Shown: positions 1 to 8,015 of the stretch, piece after piece
Numbering within the stretch: position 1 is the stretch's first letter
How the letters are laid out: every line of letters begins with the position of its first letter
Source: Streptosporangiaceae bacterium
GTDB taxonomy: Bacteria; Actinomycetota; Actinomycetes; Streptosporangiales; Streptosporangiaceae
NCBI GenBank assembly: GCA_030044595.1
Contig: JASHVM010000052.1
Location: 1-37,951, forward strand
DNA: 37,951 nt
Reading direction: 5' to 3'
Translations under genes and position numbers: made by a program
The notes under the pieces: generated by a model
Databases searched by the model: none
The model's input: the letters and a program-made list of their open reading frames with translations, nothing else
What the model was told of the DNA's origin: nothing

Positions 1-2
1 GA

Positions 3-1121
3 GGCGCGGGTCTTATCGGGGTCGTTGTGATAGGTGAACGGCACCGTGTCGCGCTCGAAGTAGACACCGCCGGTCTGGCCCGCGGGCAGTTCGGTGCCGT
101 CGGCGGAGCAGATCCGCACGGTGCCCAGGACGGGCCGGCCGACGGTGCCCGGCCTAGTGAGCCAGGTGGCGCTGTCGATGACCGTCATGCCGTTGGCCTC
201 GGTGCCCGCGTAGTACTCGACCAGGACCGGCCCCCACCAGTCGATCATCTGCTGCTTGACTTCGACCGGGCACGGCGCCGCGGCGTGGATGGCGACCCGC
301 AGGCTCGAGGTGTCGTACCGGGCGCGGACCTGCTGGGGCAGCTTCAGCATCCGGACGAACATGGTCGGCACGAACTGCGCCTGCGTGACGCGGTAATCCT
401 GGATCGCCGCCAGAGCCTGCTCGGCGTCGAACCGCTTCATCATCACCACGGTGCCGCCGAGGGTTTGGGCGGCACTGGAGAAGGCCAGCGGGGCCGCGTG
501 ATAGATCGGCCCGGGCGAGAGGTAGACCGTGTCCCTGTTGAAGCCGAAGGCGTGGCCCACCAGCGCGACGATGGCCTCGCCGGACTCGGACACCTGGCTG
601 CCGGGCAGCGGCCTGCGGACGCCCTTGGGCCGGCCGGTGGTCCCAGAGGAGTACAGCATCGCGGCGCCGTGCGGCTGGTCGGCGAACGGCACGCCGGACG
701 CGGCGGCGATGGTGTCCTCATAGCTGCGGTAACCGGCGACCGGGCCGCCGAAGGCCAGCCGGAGCTTCAGGTTCAGGCCCGTGACGGCCTCGGCGGTCGC
801 GGCCTGCTCCGCGGACACGATCAGCGCGCGGGCGCCGCAGTCGTTGACGATGTAGGCGACCTCGTCGGGCTTGAGGTGATAGTTGACGGCGGTGACGTAC
901 AGCCCGGAGCGCATGACGGCCCAGATCACCTCGAAGGCACGCAGGCTGTTCTCGGTCAGCAGCGCCACCGCGTCGCCGGGGCGCAGGCCGACGTCGTGCA
1001 GCACGTGCGCCAGCTGGACCGAGCGCCCTTCAAGCTGCCCGTAACTGAGCGTCTCCCCGGTCCCGGCCATGACCGCGGCGAGCCTGTCCGGCGTCTCGGC
1101 TGCGTACCTACCTGGATACAT
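3..1121 (-). CDS. Acyl-CoA synthetase / AMP-dependent ligase (FadD-like); the 3' end runs off the left edge of the window
   Basis: It is absent from the ORF track because it has no stop codon inside the window. Manual reverse translation from the ATG (complement of 1119-1121) gives MYPGRYAAETPDRLAAVMAGTGETLSYGQLEG... It contains the AMP-binding signature MLYSSGTTGRPKGV. The listed + ORF 27..1145 is its Arg/Gly-rich antisense shadow. Confidence 0.9.
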   Translation of the reverse strand, partial: MYPGRYAAETPDRLAAVMAGTGETLSYGQLEGRSVQLAHVLHDVGLRPGDAVALLTENSLRAFEVIWAVMRSGLYVTAVNYHLKPDEVAYIVNDCGARALIVSAEQAATAEAVTGLNLKLRLAFGGPVAGYRSYEDTIAAASGVPFADQPHGAAMLYSSGTTGRPKGVRRPLPGSQVSESGEAIVALVGHAFGFNRDTVYLSPGPIYHAAPLAFSSAAQTLGGTVVMMKRFDAEQALAAIQDYRVTQAQFVPTMFVRMLKLPQQVRARYDTSSLRVAIHAAAPCPVEVKQQMIDWWGPVLVEYYAGTEANGMTVIDSATWLTRPGTVGRPVLGTVRICSADGTELPAGQTGGVYFERDTVPFTYHNDPDKTRA

Positions 1122-1182
1122 GGTGGCCGTCCTCACCTTGGTTAAATCAACGGTAAGGTAACCGCCCAGCAGGGAGCGTGTC

Positions 1183-2340
1183 GTGGCCGGTCTTTCTGTG
1201 GAAGAACAAGCCGTCATCGGCACGGCGGCGGAGTTCGTCGACCGCGACGTCCGGCCGGTGGCCCGCGAACTCGAGCACGCCAACGAGTACCCCGAGAAGC
1301 TGATCGAGCGGATGAAGGCCATGGGCATCTTCGGCCTGGCCATTCCCGAGCCCTACGGGGACGCGGCGGTCTCGACGCCGTGCTACGCCGAGGTGACCGC
1401 CGAGCTGGCCCGGGGCTGGATGACCCTGGCCGGGGCGATGGGCGGGCACACCGTGGTGGCCAAGCTGCTGCTGGCGTTCGGCACCGAGGAGCAGAAGCGG
1501 CGCTACCTGCCGCGGATGGCGACCGGCGAGGTACGCGCGGCGATGGCGCTGACCGAACCGGGAGGCGGGTCTGACCTGCAGGCCATGACGACGACCGCGC
1601 GGCGGGAAAGCGGCGGGTACCGGGTCAACGGCGTCAAGACGTGGATCACCAACGCACGCAGGTCCCAGCTGATTGCGCTGCTGTGCAAGACCGACCCGTC
1701 GGCCAGGCCGCGGCACCGCGGCGTCAGTATCCTGCTGGCCGAGCACGGCGACGGGTTGCTGGTTTCCCGCGACCTGCCGAAGCTCGGCTACAAGGGGGTG
1801 GAAAGCTGCGAGCTGTCGTTCTCCGATTACTTCGCGCCCGCCGACTCGGTGCTCGGCGGCGAGCCCGGTCATGGCTTCGCGCAGATGATGAAGGGCCTGG
1901 AGATCGGGCGCATCCAGGTCGCCGCGCGGGCGGTGGGGGTGGCGCAGGCGGCGTTCGACGACGCGCTGCGGTACGCCCGGCAGCGGGAGAGCTTCGGCGT
2001 GCCGATCTGGAAGCACCAGGCGGTCGGCGGCCTGCTGGCCGACATGGCGACCAAGCTCACCGCGTCCCGCCAGCTCGTGCTGTACGCCGCGGGGCGCTAC
2101 GACGCCGGGGACAGGTGCGACATGGAGGCCGGGATGGCCAAGCTGTTCGCCTCGGAGGCGGCCATGGAGATCGCGCTCGACGCGGTCAGGGTCCACGGCG
2201 GTTACGGGTATTCGACCGAATACGACGTGGAGCGGTACTTCCGCGACGCGCCGCTGATGATCGTCGGCGAGGGCACCAACGAGATCCAGCGCAACGTCAT
2301 CGCGGCCCAGCTGGTGTCGCGCGGCGGGCTGGACCGCTAG
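1183..2340 (+). CDS. Acyl-CoA dehydrogenase
   Basis: The 385-aa ORF has typical ACAD sequence throughout (EYPEKLIERMKAMGIFGLAIPEPYGD, ALTEPGGGSDL, GVKTWITNA, RVHGGYGYSTEYDVERYFRDAPLMIVGEGTNEIQ). It is divergent from the acyl-CoA synthetase. Its TAG stop shares the CTAG tetranucleotide (2337-2340) with the convergent VWA gene stop. Confidence 0.93.
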   Translation: MAGLSVEEQAVIGTAAEFVDRDVRPVARELEHANEYPEKLIERMKAMGIFGLAIPEPYGDAAVSTPCYAEVTAELARGWMTLAGAMGGHTVVAKLLLAFGTEEQKRRYLPRMATGEVRAAMALTEPGGGSDLQAMTTTARRESGGYRVNGVKTWITNARRSQLIALLCKTDPSARPRHRGVSILLAEHGDGLLVSRDLPKLGYKGVESCELSFSDYFAPADSVLGGEPGHGFAQMMKGLEIGRIQVAARAVGVAQAAFDDALRYARQRESFGVPIWKHQAVGGLLADMATKLTASRQLVLYAAGRYDAGDRCDMEAGMAKLFASEAAMEIALDAVRVHGGYGYSTEYDVERYFRDAPLMIVGEGTNEIQRNVIAAQLVSRGGLDR

Positions 2341-3335
2341 CAGCCCGGCGCGCGCGAAACCCGGCCGACCGGGAAATCCGCGGCCGGCCCGGCTTCCAGC
2401 AGATGGTCAAGAGCCGCGGCCGCGTCAAGCGGGTGGGCCACGGTACCCCACCGCGCGCCGGCCAGCTCCGCCAGGCGCGCCGCCTGCTCGTGATCGTCGG
2501 CGGGCGCCAGGATAATCAGCTCGGGCAGGCTGCGGGCGGTATCGACGGTGTCGTCCTCATCGGTGCTGCGGCAGTCGGACAGCAAGATGACCACCCGGCG
2601 CCGGGCCCGAGCCTGCGCCAGCTGCTCGCGCGCGGCCCGCAGCGCGTCGGCCAGCCTGGTCACGCCGTGTCCGCGGAGCCGCAGGAGCCGCTCCGACACT
2701 GCCGCGGGCGCGACGTCGGCGACCAGGGGCCGGATGACATCGACGGTCGCGGCGAAGCACAGCACGGCGTGCTCGTCCGGGGCTCGCAGCGCGCAGGCGG
2801 CGGCGACGGTCGCGGCTGCGGCCAGCCTCGGGCCGTTCATCGAGCCCGACCGGTCGACCACGACCGCGAAGGCCGTGCGCGGCCTGGCCCAGTGCACGGT
2901 GGTCAGGTCATCGTGGGCGACGGGCCGGGCCTCGGTCCTGGCCGCCGAGACGCCCTCGACGGATGCGTCTATGTCGAGGTCGCCGTCGGCGGCGCCGCGA
3001 GCGGGCCGCAGCCGGGAGACCCCGCGCATCGAGGCGCGCCCGGCGCGGGCGCGATCGAGCACGATGCGCGAGCTGAGCCGGACCGCGGCGGCCCGCAGGC
3101 GCTCGTCGGTAGCGGTGGTCATGGCCGCGAGCAGCTCGAAGGCCGTCGGATCCTCGGCCAGGGCACGGCTCAGGGCCTGCTCGTCGAGAACCCCGACCTC
3201 GGGGCTGATCTCGGCGAAGCGAGCATGCCGCGCGAGCTCGTGCCGCCCGACGGTCTTGCCCTCGGGCCGTCCTCCCTTGGGTCGCGGTCGCTGGCTCGGC
3301 CCGCCGGCGGCCGAGGCGGCCGGCGGGCCGGTCAT
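2337..3335 (-). CDS. von Willebrand factor A (VWA) domain protein, partner of the MoxR ATPase (CoxE/BchD-like)
   Basis: It carries the MIDAS motif VVVDRSGSMNG. I chose the start at the ATG on 3335, which forms an ATGA overlap with the upstream AAA+ gene stop (3332-3334). The longer track ORF (to 3434) would overlap the AAA+ gene by 100 nt. Confidence 0.8.
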   Translation of the reverse strand: MTGPPAASAAGGPSQRPRPKGGRPEGKTVGRHELARHARFAEISPEVGVLDEQALSRALAEDPTAFELLAAMTTATDERLRAAAVRLSSRIVLDRARAGRASMRGVSRLRPARGAADGDLDIDASVEGVSAARTEARPVAHDDLTTVHWARPRTAFAVVVDRSGSMNGPRLAAAATVAAACALRAPDEHAVLCFAATVDVIRPLVADVAPAAVSERLLRLRGHGVTRLADALRAAREQLAQARARRRVVILLSDCRSTDEDDTVDTARSLPELIILAPADDHEQAARLAELAGARWGTVAHPLDAAAALDHLLEAGPAADFPVGRVSRAPGC

Positions 3336-4204
3336 TCCCCCGGGCTGGTCCCGCCTCCCGGCGCGTCGGCCGTCCCGGCTGCCCGTACCTGCCGGAATAT
3401 CTCCTCGATGACCTGGTCGGCCGACCGCCGGCACGATTCGTGCGGCCGCACCCGGCCGGACATGGTGGTCAGCGCCGCGTCCAGCCCGGCCTGCCAGTCG
3501 CCGATGGGGACGGCGCGGACGTCGGCCAGTTCCGGGACCAGCCGGGCGTAGTCGATCGCGCCTCGGACCGAGGCCCCCGAGCGCAGGTCGGGATGCTCGC
3601 GCGTGGCCCGGGCGAGATCCACCGCCTCGGCCACCAGGCCCGGCTTGGCGCGGGAGGCCGCGAGCCGGACGATCTGGCGCTCGTGCTCCGCGTCCTGGTA
3701 CCCGACCGAAATCCGGCAGGTCCGGTCGTACAGGGCCATCGACAGACGCGAGGTGCCCACCGAGTCGTACGGATTCATGGCCGCGACCAGCCGGAAGCTG
3801 CAGTCCGCGGCGATGCGGCCGAGCCGCGGCACGTTGATCTCACCTTCGGACATGACCGTCAGCAAGACATTGATCGTCTCTTCGGGCACGCGGTTGAGTT
3901 CCTCGACGTACAAGAGCCCGCCGTCGCGCATGGCCCGCACCAGCGGGCCGTCAGAGAAGTTCTCCGGCCGGTATCCCTGCTCCAGGACCAGCGCCGGGTC
4001 GAAGGACCCGATCAGCCGGGCCGGGGTCAGCTCGGCGCTGCCCTCGACCAGCACGAATTCCGTGTGCCGGGATTCCGCAACCTGCCTGAGCAGGGTGGAC
4101 TTGCCCGTGCCGGGCGGGCCCTCGAGCAGGATGTGGGCGCCGGACGCGAGCGCGGCTCGTACCAGCTCCAGCTCGCGCCGGAGCCCGACAACCTGGATCG
4201 ACAT
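3332..4204 (-). CDS. MoxR-like AAA+ ATPase
   Basis: It has Walker A LLEGPPGTGKST and Walker B-like GGLLYVEELNR. The 290-aa single-AAA architecture and the following VWA gene are typical of MoxR/VWA pairs. Confidence 0.88.
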   Translation of the reverse strand: MSIQVVGLRRELELVRAALASGAHILLEGPPGTGKSTLLRQVAESRHTEFVLVEGSAELTPARLIGSFDPALVLEQGYRPENFSDGPLVRAMRDGGLLYVEELNRVPEETINVLLTVMSEGEINVPRLGRIAADCSFRLVAAMNPYDSVGTSRLSMALYDRTCRISVGYQDAEHERQIVRLAASRAKPGLVAEAVDLARATREHPDLRSGASVRGAIDYARLVPELADVRAVPIGDWQAGLDAALTTMSGRVRPHESCRRSADQVIEEIFRQVRAAGTADAPGGGTSPGE

Positions 4205-4227
4205 CGGCTCAGTGCTCGCGTGCCGGG

Positions 4228-5340
4228 TCAGTGCTCGTGCACGACGACGCCGCGCACGTTCTTGCCGGCCAGCAGGTCATCGTATCCCTCGTTAACCTGG
4301 TCAAGCGTGTACGTCTTCGTGATGATCTCGTCCAGCTTCAGGTCGCCGGCCTGGTACAGCCCGAGGAGCTTCGGGATGTCGTACGTCGGGTTGCAGTCGC
4401 CGAACAGGCTGCCCTTCAGGCTCTTGCGGAACAGGGTCAGGATCGTGGCCGGCAGCTGGATGTTCGGCTCCAGCAGCTTGTTCAGCCCGGTGACCACGAC
4501 CACGCCGCCCTTGCCGACCGCGTTGAAACCGGCCGCGATGACCTCGGCCGTCATCAGGTCCACGGTCAGGATGGCCGAGTCGGCGCCCTGGCCCCGGGTC
4601 ATGTCGATGATGGCGCCCTGCGCTTCGTCGGCGGTCGCGAACGCGTGGGTGGCGCCGAGCTCCATCGCCTTCTCCCGCTTGTTCTCCAGCGGGTCGATGG
4701 CGACGACGTTCTTCGCGCCGGCGTAGCGGGCGCCCTGCACCGCGTTGATGCCGATGCCGCCGATGCCGTAGACCGCGACCGTGTCCCCCGGGGTCACGCC
4801 CGCGGTGTACACCGCGGAACCCCATCCGGTGGGCACGCCGCAGCCGACGAGCACGGCCTTGTCCAGCGGCAGGTCGTCGTCGACCTTGATCGTGGAGTTC
4901 TGGTGGATCACGCCGTACTGGCTGAAGGTGCCGAGAATGCACATGGCGCCGTACTGGCCGCGGGACCCGGTGAGCGGGAACCGCTCGCCGGGCAGGTAGC
5001 CTTCCAGGATCGTCGCGCCCCAGTCGCAGATCGACTGGCGCCCGGTAGCGCAGTAGCGGCAGACACCGCAGTTGGGGATGAACGAGCACACGACGTGGTC
5101 GCCGGGAGCCACGCGGGTCACGCCCGGCCCGACCTCTTCGATGATCCCAGCGCCCTCGTGGCCGAGCACCATCGGCATGCGCGCCTCGAGATCGCCGTGC
5201 AGGACGTGAAGGTCGGAGTGGCACAGGCCCGCGTGGGTGTAGCGGATCAGGACCTCGCCGGACCGCGGCCCGTCCAGGTCGAGCTCCTCGACCTCGAGAC
5301 GCTTGCCCGGCTCGTAGACGACGGCTGCCTTGGTCTTCAT
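4228..5340 (-). CDS. Zinc-dependent alcohol dehydrogenase (MDR family; resembles the NDMA-dependent nicotinoprotein ADH clade)
   Basis: It has the catalytic Zn site GLCHSDLH, plus GHEGAGIIEEVG, the structural Zn cluster CGVCRYCATGRQSIC and the Rossmann motif VAVYGIGGIGINAV. An RBS AAGGAGCG lies upstream of the ATG at 5340. It is the first gene of the ADH-MoxR-VWA operon, with a 23-nt gap to the MoxR start. Confidence 0.9.
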   Translation of the reverse strand: MKTKAAVVYEPGKRLEVEELDLDGPRSGEVLIRYTHAGLCHSDLHVLHGDLEARMPMVLGHEGAGIIEEVGPGVTRVAPGDHVVCSFIPNCGVCRYCATGRQSICDWGATILEGYLPGERFPLTGSRGQYGAMCILGTFSQYGVIHQNSTIKVDDDLPLDKAVLVGCGVPTGWGSAVYTAGVTPGDTVAVYGIGGIGINAVQGARYAGAKNVVAIDPLENKREKAMELGATHAFATADEAQGAIIDMTRGQGADSAILTVDLMTAEVIAAGFNAVGKGGVVVVTGLNKLLEPNIQLPATILTLFRKSLKGSLFGDCNPTYDIPKLLGLYQAGDLKLDEIITKTYTLDQVNEGYDDLLAGKNVRGVVVHEH

Positions 5341-5465
5341 CGACGCTCCTTCGGATGGGGTGACTGCTTTAACTCTTCCCCCAGGACCGCTCGATGATCA
5401 AGTCGGCGTCCTGGCCGACGGCGGGCGTAGCCGCTGCGGCCGGACGGGCACGCTGCCGCCCCGGC

Positions 5466-5885
5466 TCACCTGCGCCCGGCCGACTGGCGGGACCGCCTGT
5501 TATGCCGCGCGGAGAGGATCTGAGCCCCGGCGACCAGCAAGGCCATGAGGTAGAAGAACGTGAACATGGCGAAAGCGTAGGTATTGGTGAAGAAGGTGAC
5601 GGCCAGCGTGGCAACCGCGATCGCCACGCAGATGGCCGCCTTGACCGCGTTGCTCATCGGCGGCTTGTCCTGCGCCCGGACGGGCTGGACCCTGACCAGG
5701 CCGGCGGGGATGTCCATGGTGACCGCGGCCAGGTCCGCGTAGGTGCGCGAGGCGAGCACCTGGCCCAGCCGCGCGTCAAGCTCGTCCCTGCTCAGCCGGC
5801 CCTGCACGAACGCGGTCTTGAGGATCTCGATCACCTGGTCACGGTCGGCGTGAGAAGCCCGGAGACCGCCGCGGTCCGCGGCCAT
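5466..5885 (-). CDS. DUF1707 (SHOCT-like) domain membrane protein
   Basis: The internal ATG at 5885 gives MAADRGGLRASHADRDQVIEILKTAFVQGRLSRDELDARLGQVLASRTYADLAAVTMDIP, the typical DUF1707 N-terminus. Two hydrophobic helices follow. The upstream 69 codons of the track ORF look non-coding. Confidence 0.75.
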   Translation of the reverse strand: MAADRGGLRASHADRDQVIEILKTAFVQGRLSRDELDARLGQVLASRTYADLAAVTMDIPAGLVRVQPVRAQDKPPMSNAVKAAICVAIAVATLAVTFFTNTYAFAMFTFFYLMALLVAGAQILSARHNRRSRQSAGRR

Positions 5886-6147
5886 ACGCTTTCCCGGCCC
5901 TGCCGTCACGGAACCTCCCACGAACACGAGCAGGAAAAGCGTAACGCGGCGGCCGGAGGGCGAGCATCCCCAGCTACCGTCCCGGCGAAGACCAGACGGC
6001 GAGCAAGTCCTGCCGAAAGCCGCGGCCACGACGATTCCTCGCATCAAGCCGGGCACCGGGATGGCTGGCCTGAAGTCGTAAGAAAAGGTCATCCGATTAC
6101 ATGCGGCAACAAAATGCCCGAGTGCAGTGAATTACATCCAGGTAATC

Positions 6148-6231
6148 TGTGGATATGCTGTGAATGAACCTGCGGATAAACGCCGCCGAATGCGGACAAC
6201 TGCCCGGATTCTGTGGATATCGTGTGGACAG
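6148..6231. repeat. Array of five same-orientation DnaA-box-like 9-mers (TGTGGATAT, TGCGGATAA, TGCGGACAA, TGTGGATAT, TGTGGACAG)
   Basis: The 9-mers were read directly at 6148, 6171, 6191, 6212 and 6223, giving spacings of 23, 20, 21 and 11 nt. Each reverse complement is within one mismatch of TTATCCACA or TTGTCCACA. The array lies in a visibly AT-richer non-coding stretch. Confidence 0.45.
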
Positions 6232-6263
6232 CGGAAAAAACCAAAATGGTTTGCTGCAGGCCC

Positions 6264-6293
6264 TTGCGCAGCGCCCGCGGACACAGTAAAAAT
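6264..6293 (+). promoter_or_regulatory. Candidate sigma-70 (HrdB-type) promoter TTGCGC-N17-TAAAAAT
   Basis: The -35-like TTGCGC is at 6264-6269 and the -10-like TAAAAAT at 6287-6293. It points toward the hairpin-rich segment that ends in the strong terminator at 6449-6492. Confidence 0.35.
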
Positions 6294-6297
6294 GTCT

Positions 6298-6492
6298 TAC
6301 CGTTGGAAACGGGCACCACCCCGGGGGCGACCTCGGGAACGTGAGAGGAGCCGGGAGACCGGCCCCCCGCACGGGTACCTGGCACCGGCGGGCGGCGCGC
6401 AGTGTCGGCCAAGCCAGGCAACTGGCCGGCTGACGCGGCGAGGCCGGGCAAGGCCCCTCCATCTCATACATGGAGGGGCCTTGTCTGATTTG
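6298..6492 (+). ncRNA. Candidate structured small RNA of about 190 nt; family not recognised
   Basis: It is bracketed by the putative promoter and a terminator. It contains two GNRA-tetraloop hairpins: 6350-6363 (GCCGG-GAGA-CCGGC), and 6404-6434 (12 bp with a GCAA loop). There is no credible ORF and no RBS. Confidence 0.3.
6449..6492 (+). terminator. Strong hairpin, likely an intrinsic terminator
   Basis: CAAGGCCCCTCCAT (6449-6462) pairs perfectly with ATGGAGGGGCCTTG (6470-6483), giving 14 bp with a 7-nt loop. It is followed by GTCTGATTTG. The T-tract is weak, as is common in actinomycetes. Confidence 0.55.
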
Positions 6493-6711
6493 CCCTGGAA
6501 GGCATTCTGACCAGGACCGATGTGACGCGGCAACGCCGCCTGGACCGCGGGCCGCGGCGATCGCGGGGGCATGACCGAGACCCGGCACGACGGCGGGCGA
6601 AAGCTGCCGCACCGCCTCTCAGGCTCGCGCAGGACAGCCGGTCCAGCCCCCGAAACCTCAGCCGCCGCCCTGTCCCGGGCCTGCGACCGTGCGGGCCGGC
6701 TCACCGGCTTC

Positions 6712-6875
6712 TGTGCAGAAACATGTGGACCACTTGTGCAAAACGGGACTGAGGCTGTGCATACGTTGGGGAAATGCAGGGGATTTCTCGGCCGGGTGGT
6801 GTCCATAACGAGGCTTTCACCTGGCACATTGCCACCCACAGGCTGTGCATAGAGACAAATCTTAAATTGTCCACA
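6712..6875. repeat. Second cluster of TGTG(G/C)A-type 9-mers, including one perfect Streptomyces-type DnaA box TTGTCCACA
   Basis: The members are TGTGCAGAA 6712, TGTGGACCA 6724, TGTGCAAAA 6735, TGTGCATAC 6756, GTGTCCATA 6799, TGTGCATAG 6844 and TTGTCCACA 6867-6875. TTATCCGGT also occurs at 6923. Confidence 0.35.
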
Positions 6876-7232
6876 TGCCGCACCGCAATATCCCATAAAT
6901 GAACCGAAAATTTATCGCAAGTTTATCCGGTCGTGATTCAGGATGGGGACCGTAAATGTATTGAACCAAGAAACGGTTAGTCCGGGGGTGTTGAAAGCGG
7001 ACGGCACGTGCAGTGGCCGCACATGCGCGCCAAGGCAAACCAGGCGCTCGCTGACCGCAGGCCGCTTTCCCGCGTCGGCCCAGGACAGCAGCCCGGCAAG
7101 TTCACCGCCGCGCTGGCAGCACACAAGCCCAGCGCGCGAGGGACGCGCGGCGGCCACTCCGTCCGTCATCCCGACGTACGTGCCCGTCACGGGTGCCCGG
7201 CGCTCACCACTGGCTCAAACGGGAGGCCTGAC

Positions 7233-8015
7233 ATGAGGATCAAGACCCGCCCAGACGACGTCAGCATGCTCCAGATGAATGACTGGCTCGCCGAGCTTCG
7301 GGACGAGGACCGTGCCGAGGCGACCCGAGAGGAGGCTGCAGGAGCCCCCGTTGCCGCGGCGCCGAATGGGTCGGCAGCCCCGGCCGAGACCGGGGTCCCC
7401 GGCTGGGCTAGTGCCCCGGCCGAGACTGGGGCACCCGCTGGGGCCCCAGCCGAGACTGGGGCACCCGCTGGGGCCCCGGCCGAGACTAGGGCACCCGCCC
7501 AGGTCCCGGCCGAGACCAGGGCCCCTACCCGGGTTGGCGCCGCCGCCGACGTCAGTCCTGCTGCCAGCGCGCCCGAACGGGCCGTGATCGGTGATGAGAT
7601 ACGGATGCCGATCATGTGGTGCGAGATGGGTTCCTGCATCTCCTGGTACACCCATCGCGCAGCGCTCGGCGAAGCCGATACCCGCGCCCGCGCGATCGCC
7701 GCCGGCTGGCGCATCGACGCGCTGGGCCGGCTGACGTGCCCCCAATGCCAGCAGACCGATCCTCGCTTCTGGGCCTCGTGCGCGGTCGTGCCGTGGGACC
7801 GATACACGGCTATCGCGCGGGCGGCCCGGATCACCACCGTGCGCAGCGACGGTGCCCGTGGCACGGTCCCGGAAATCAGCCATGATCGCGGCCGCATGGC
7901 CGGCCGCGATCCCCGGCGCGCGGCCAGCGGCCATCTCGGGGCGAGCGGCCATCTCGCGGCGAGCCCGGTGGAGTCGGCATGGCAACGCAGTTACGTAGCA
8001 GCTAGGACCATGTGA
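7233..8015 (+). CDS. Hypothetical protein with a PAETGAPAGA tandem-repeat linker and a C-terminal Cys-rich (putative zinc-ribbon) domain
   Basis: GGGAGG (7221-7226) sits 6 nt upstream of the ATG at 7233; the upstream part of track ORF 7008.. looks non-coding. The C-terminal region MWCEMGSCISWY...LTCPQCQQTD has a CxxxxC...CxxC pattern. I recognise no family. Confidence 0.6.
   Translation: MRIKTRPDDVSMLQMNDWLAELRDEDRAEATREEAAGAPVAAAPNGSAAPAETGVPGWASAPAETGAPAGAPAETGAPAGAPAETRAPAQVPAETRAPTRVGAAADVSPAASAPERAVIGDEIRMPIMWCEMGSCISWYTHRAALGEADTRARAIAAGWRIDALGRLTCPQCQQTDPRFWASCAVVPWDRYTAIARAARITTVRSDGARGTVPEISHDRGRMAGRDPRRAASGHLGASGHLAASPVESAWQRSYVAARTM
7380..7535 (+). repeat. Five tandem copies of a 30-nt (first copy 36-nt) coding repeat CCGGCCGAGACTGGGGCACCCGCTGGGGCC
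   Basis: The units are 7380-7415, 7416-7445, 7446-7475, 7476-7505 and 7506-7535. Units 2 and 3 differ by a single nucleotide. They encode the PAETGAPAGA-type repeats. Confidence 0.9.

Noticed and set aside
27-1145. 372-aa + strand ORF at the left edge
   Set aside because: It has Arg/Gly/Asp/His-rich shadow composition and no recognisable motif. The opposite strand encodes a clear AMP-binding acyl-CoA synthetase (MLYSSGTTGRPKGV) over the same span.
1641-3551. 636-aa + strand ORF spanning the ACAD, VWA and MoxR regions
   Set aside because: It crosses three well-supported genes on both strands and has Arg/Gly/Ala-rich low-complexity composition. It is a typical high-GC shadow ORF.
4209-4237. 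10-nt direct repeat TCAGTGCTCG, once at the ADH stop and once 19 nt downstream of it (minus-strand direction)
   Set aside because: It is too short to distinguish from chance. The second copy is out of frame with the ADH stop, so no read-through product is implied.
6100-6935. Calling this region the chromosomal oriC
   Set aside because: In actinomycetes oriC lies between dnaA and dnaN, and neither gene (nor rpmH, recF or gyrB) is in this window. The boxes are mostly imperfect. I keep it only as a DnaA-box-like cluster of unknown role.
7011-7017. B12-box-like heptamer (CAGTGGC, reverse complement GCCACTG)
   Set aside because: It is a single short match on the strand with no downstream gene. 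No other conserved elements of the cobalamin riboswitch were seen.
6912-7190. 92-aa minus-strand ORF in the long intergenic region
   Set aside because: It has no RBS and no motif. Its 3' part falls in AT-rich sequence with atypical codons. I cannot support it as a gene.
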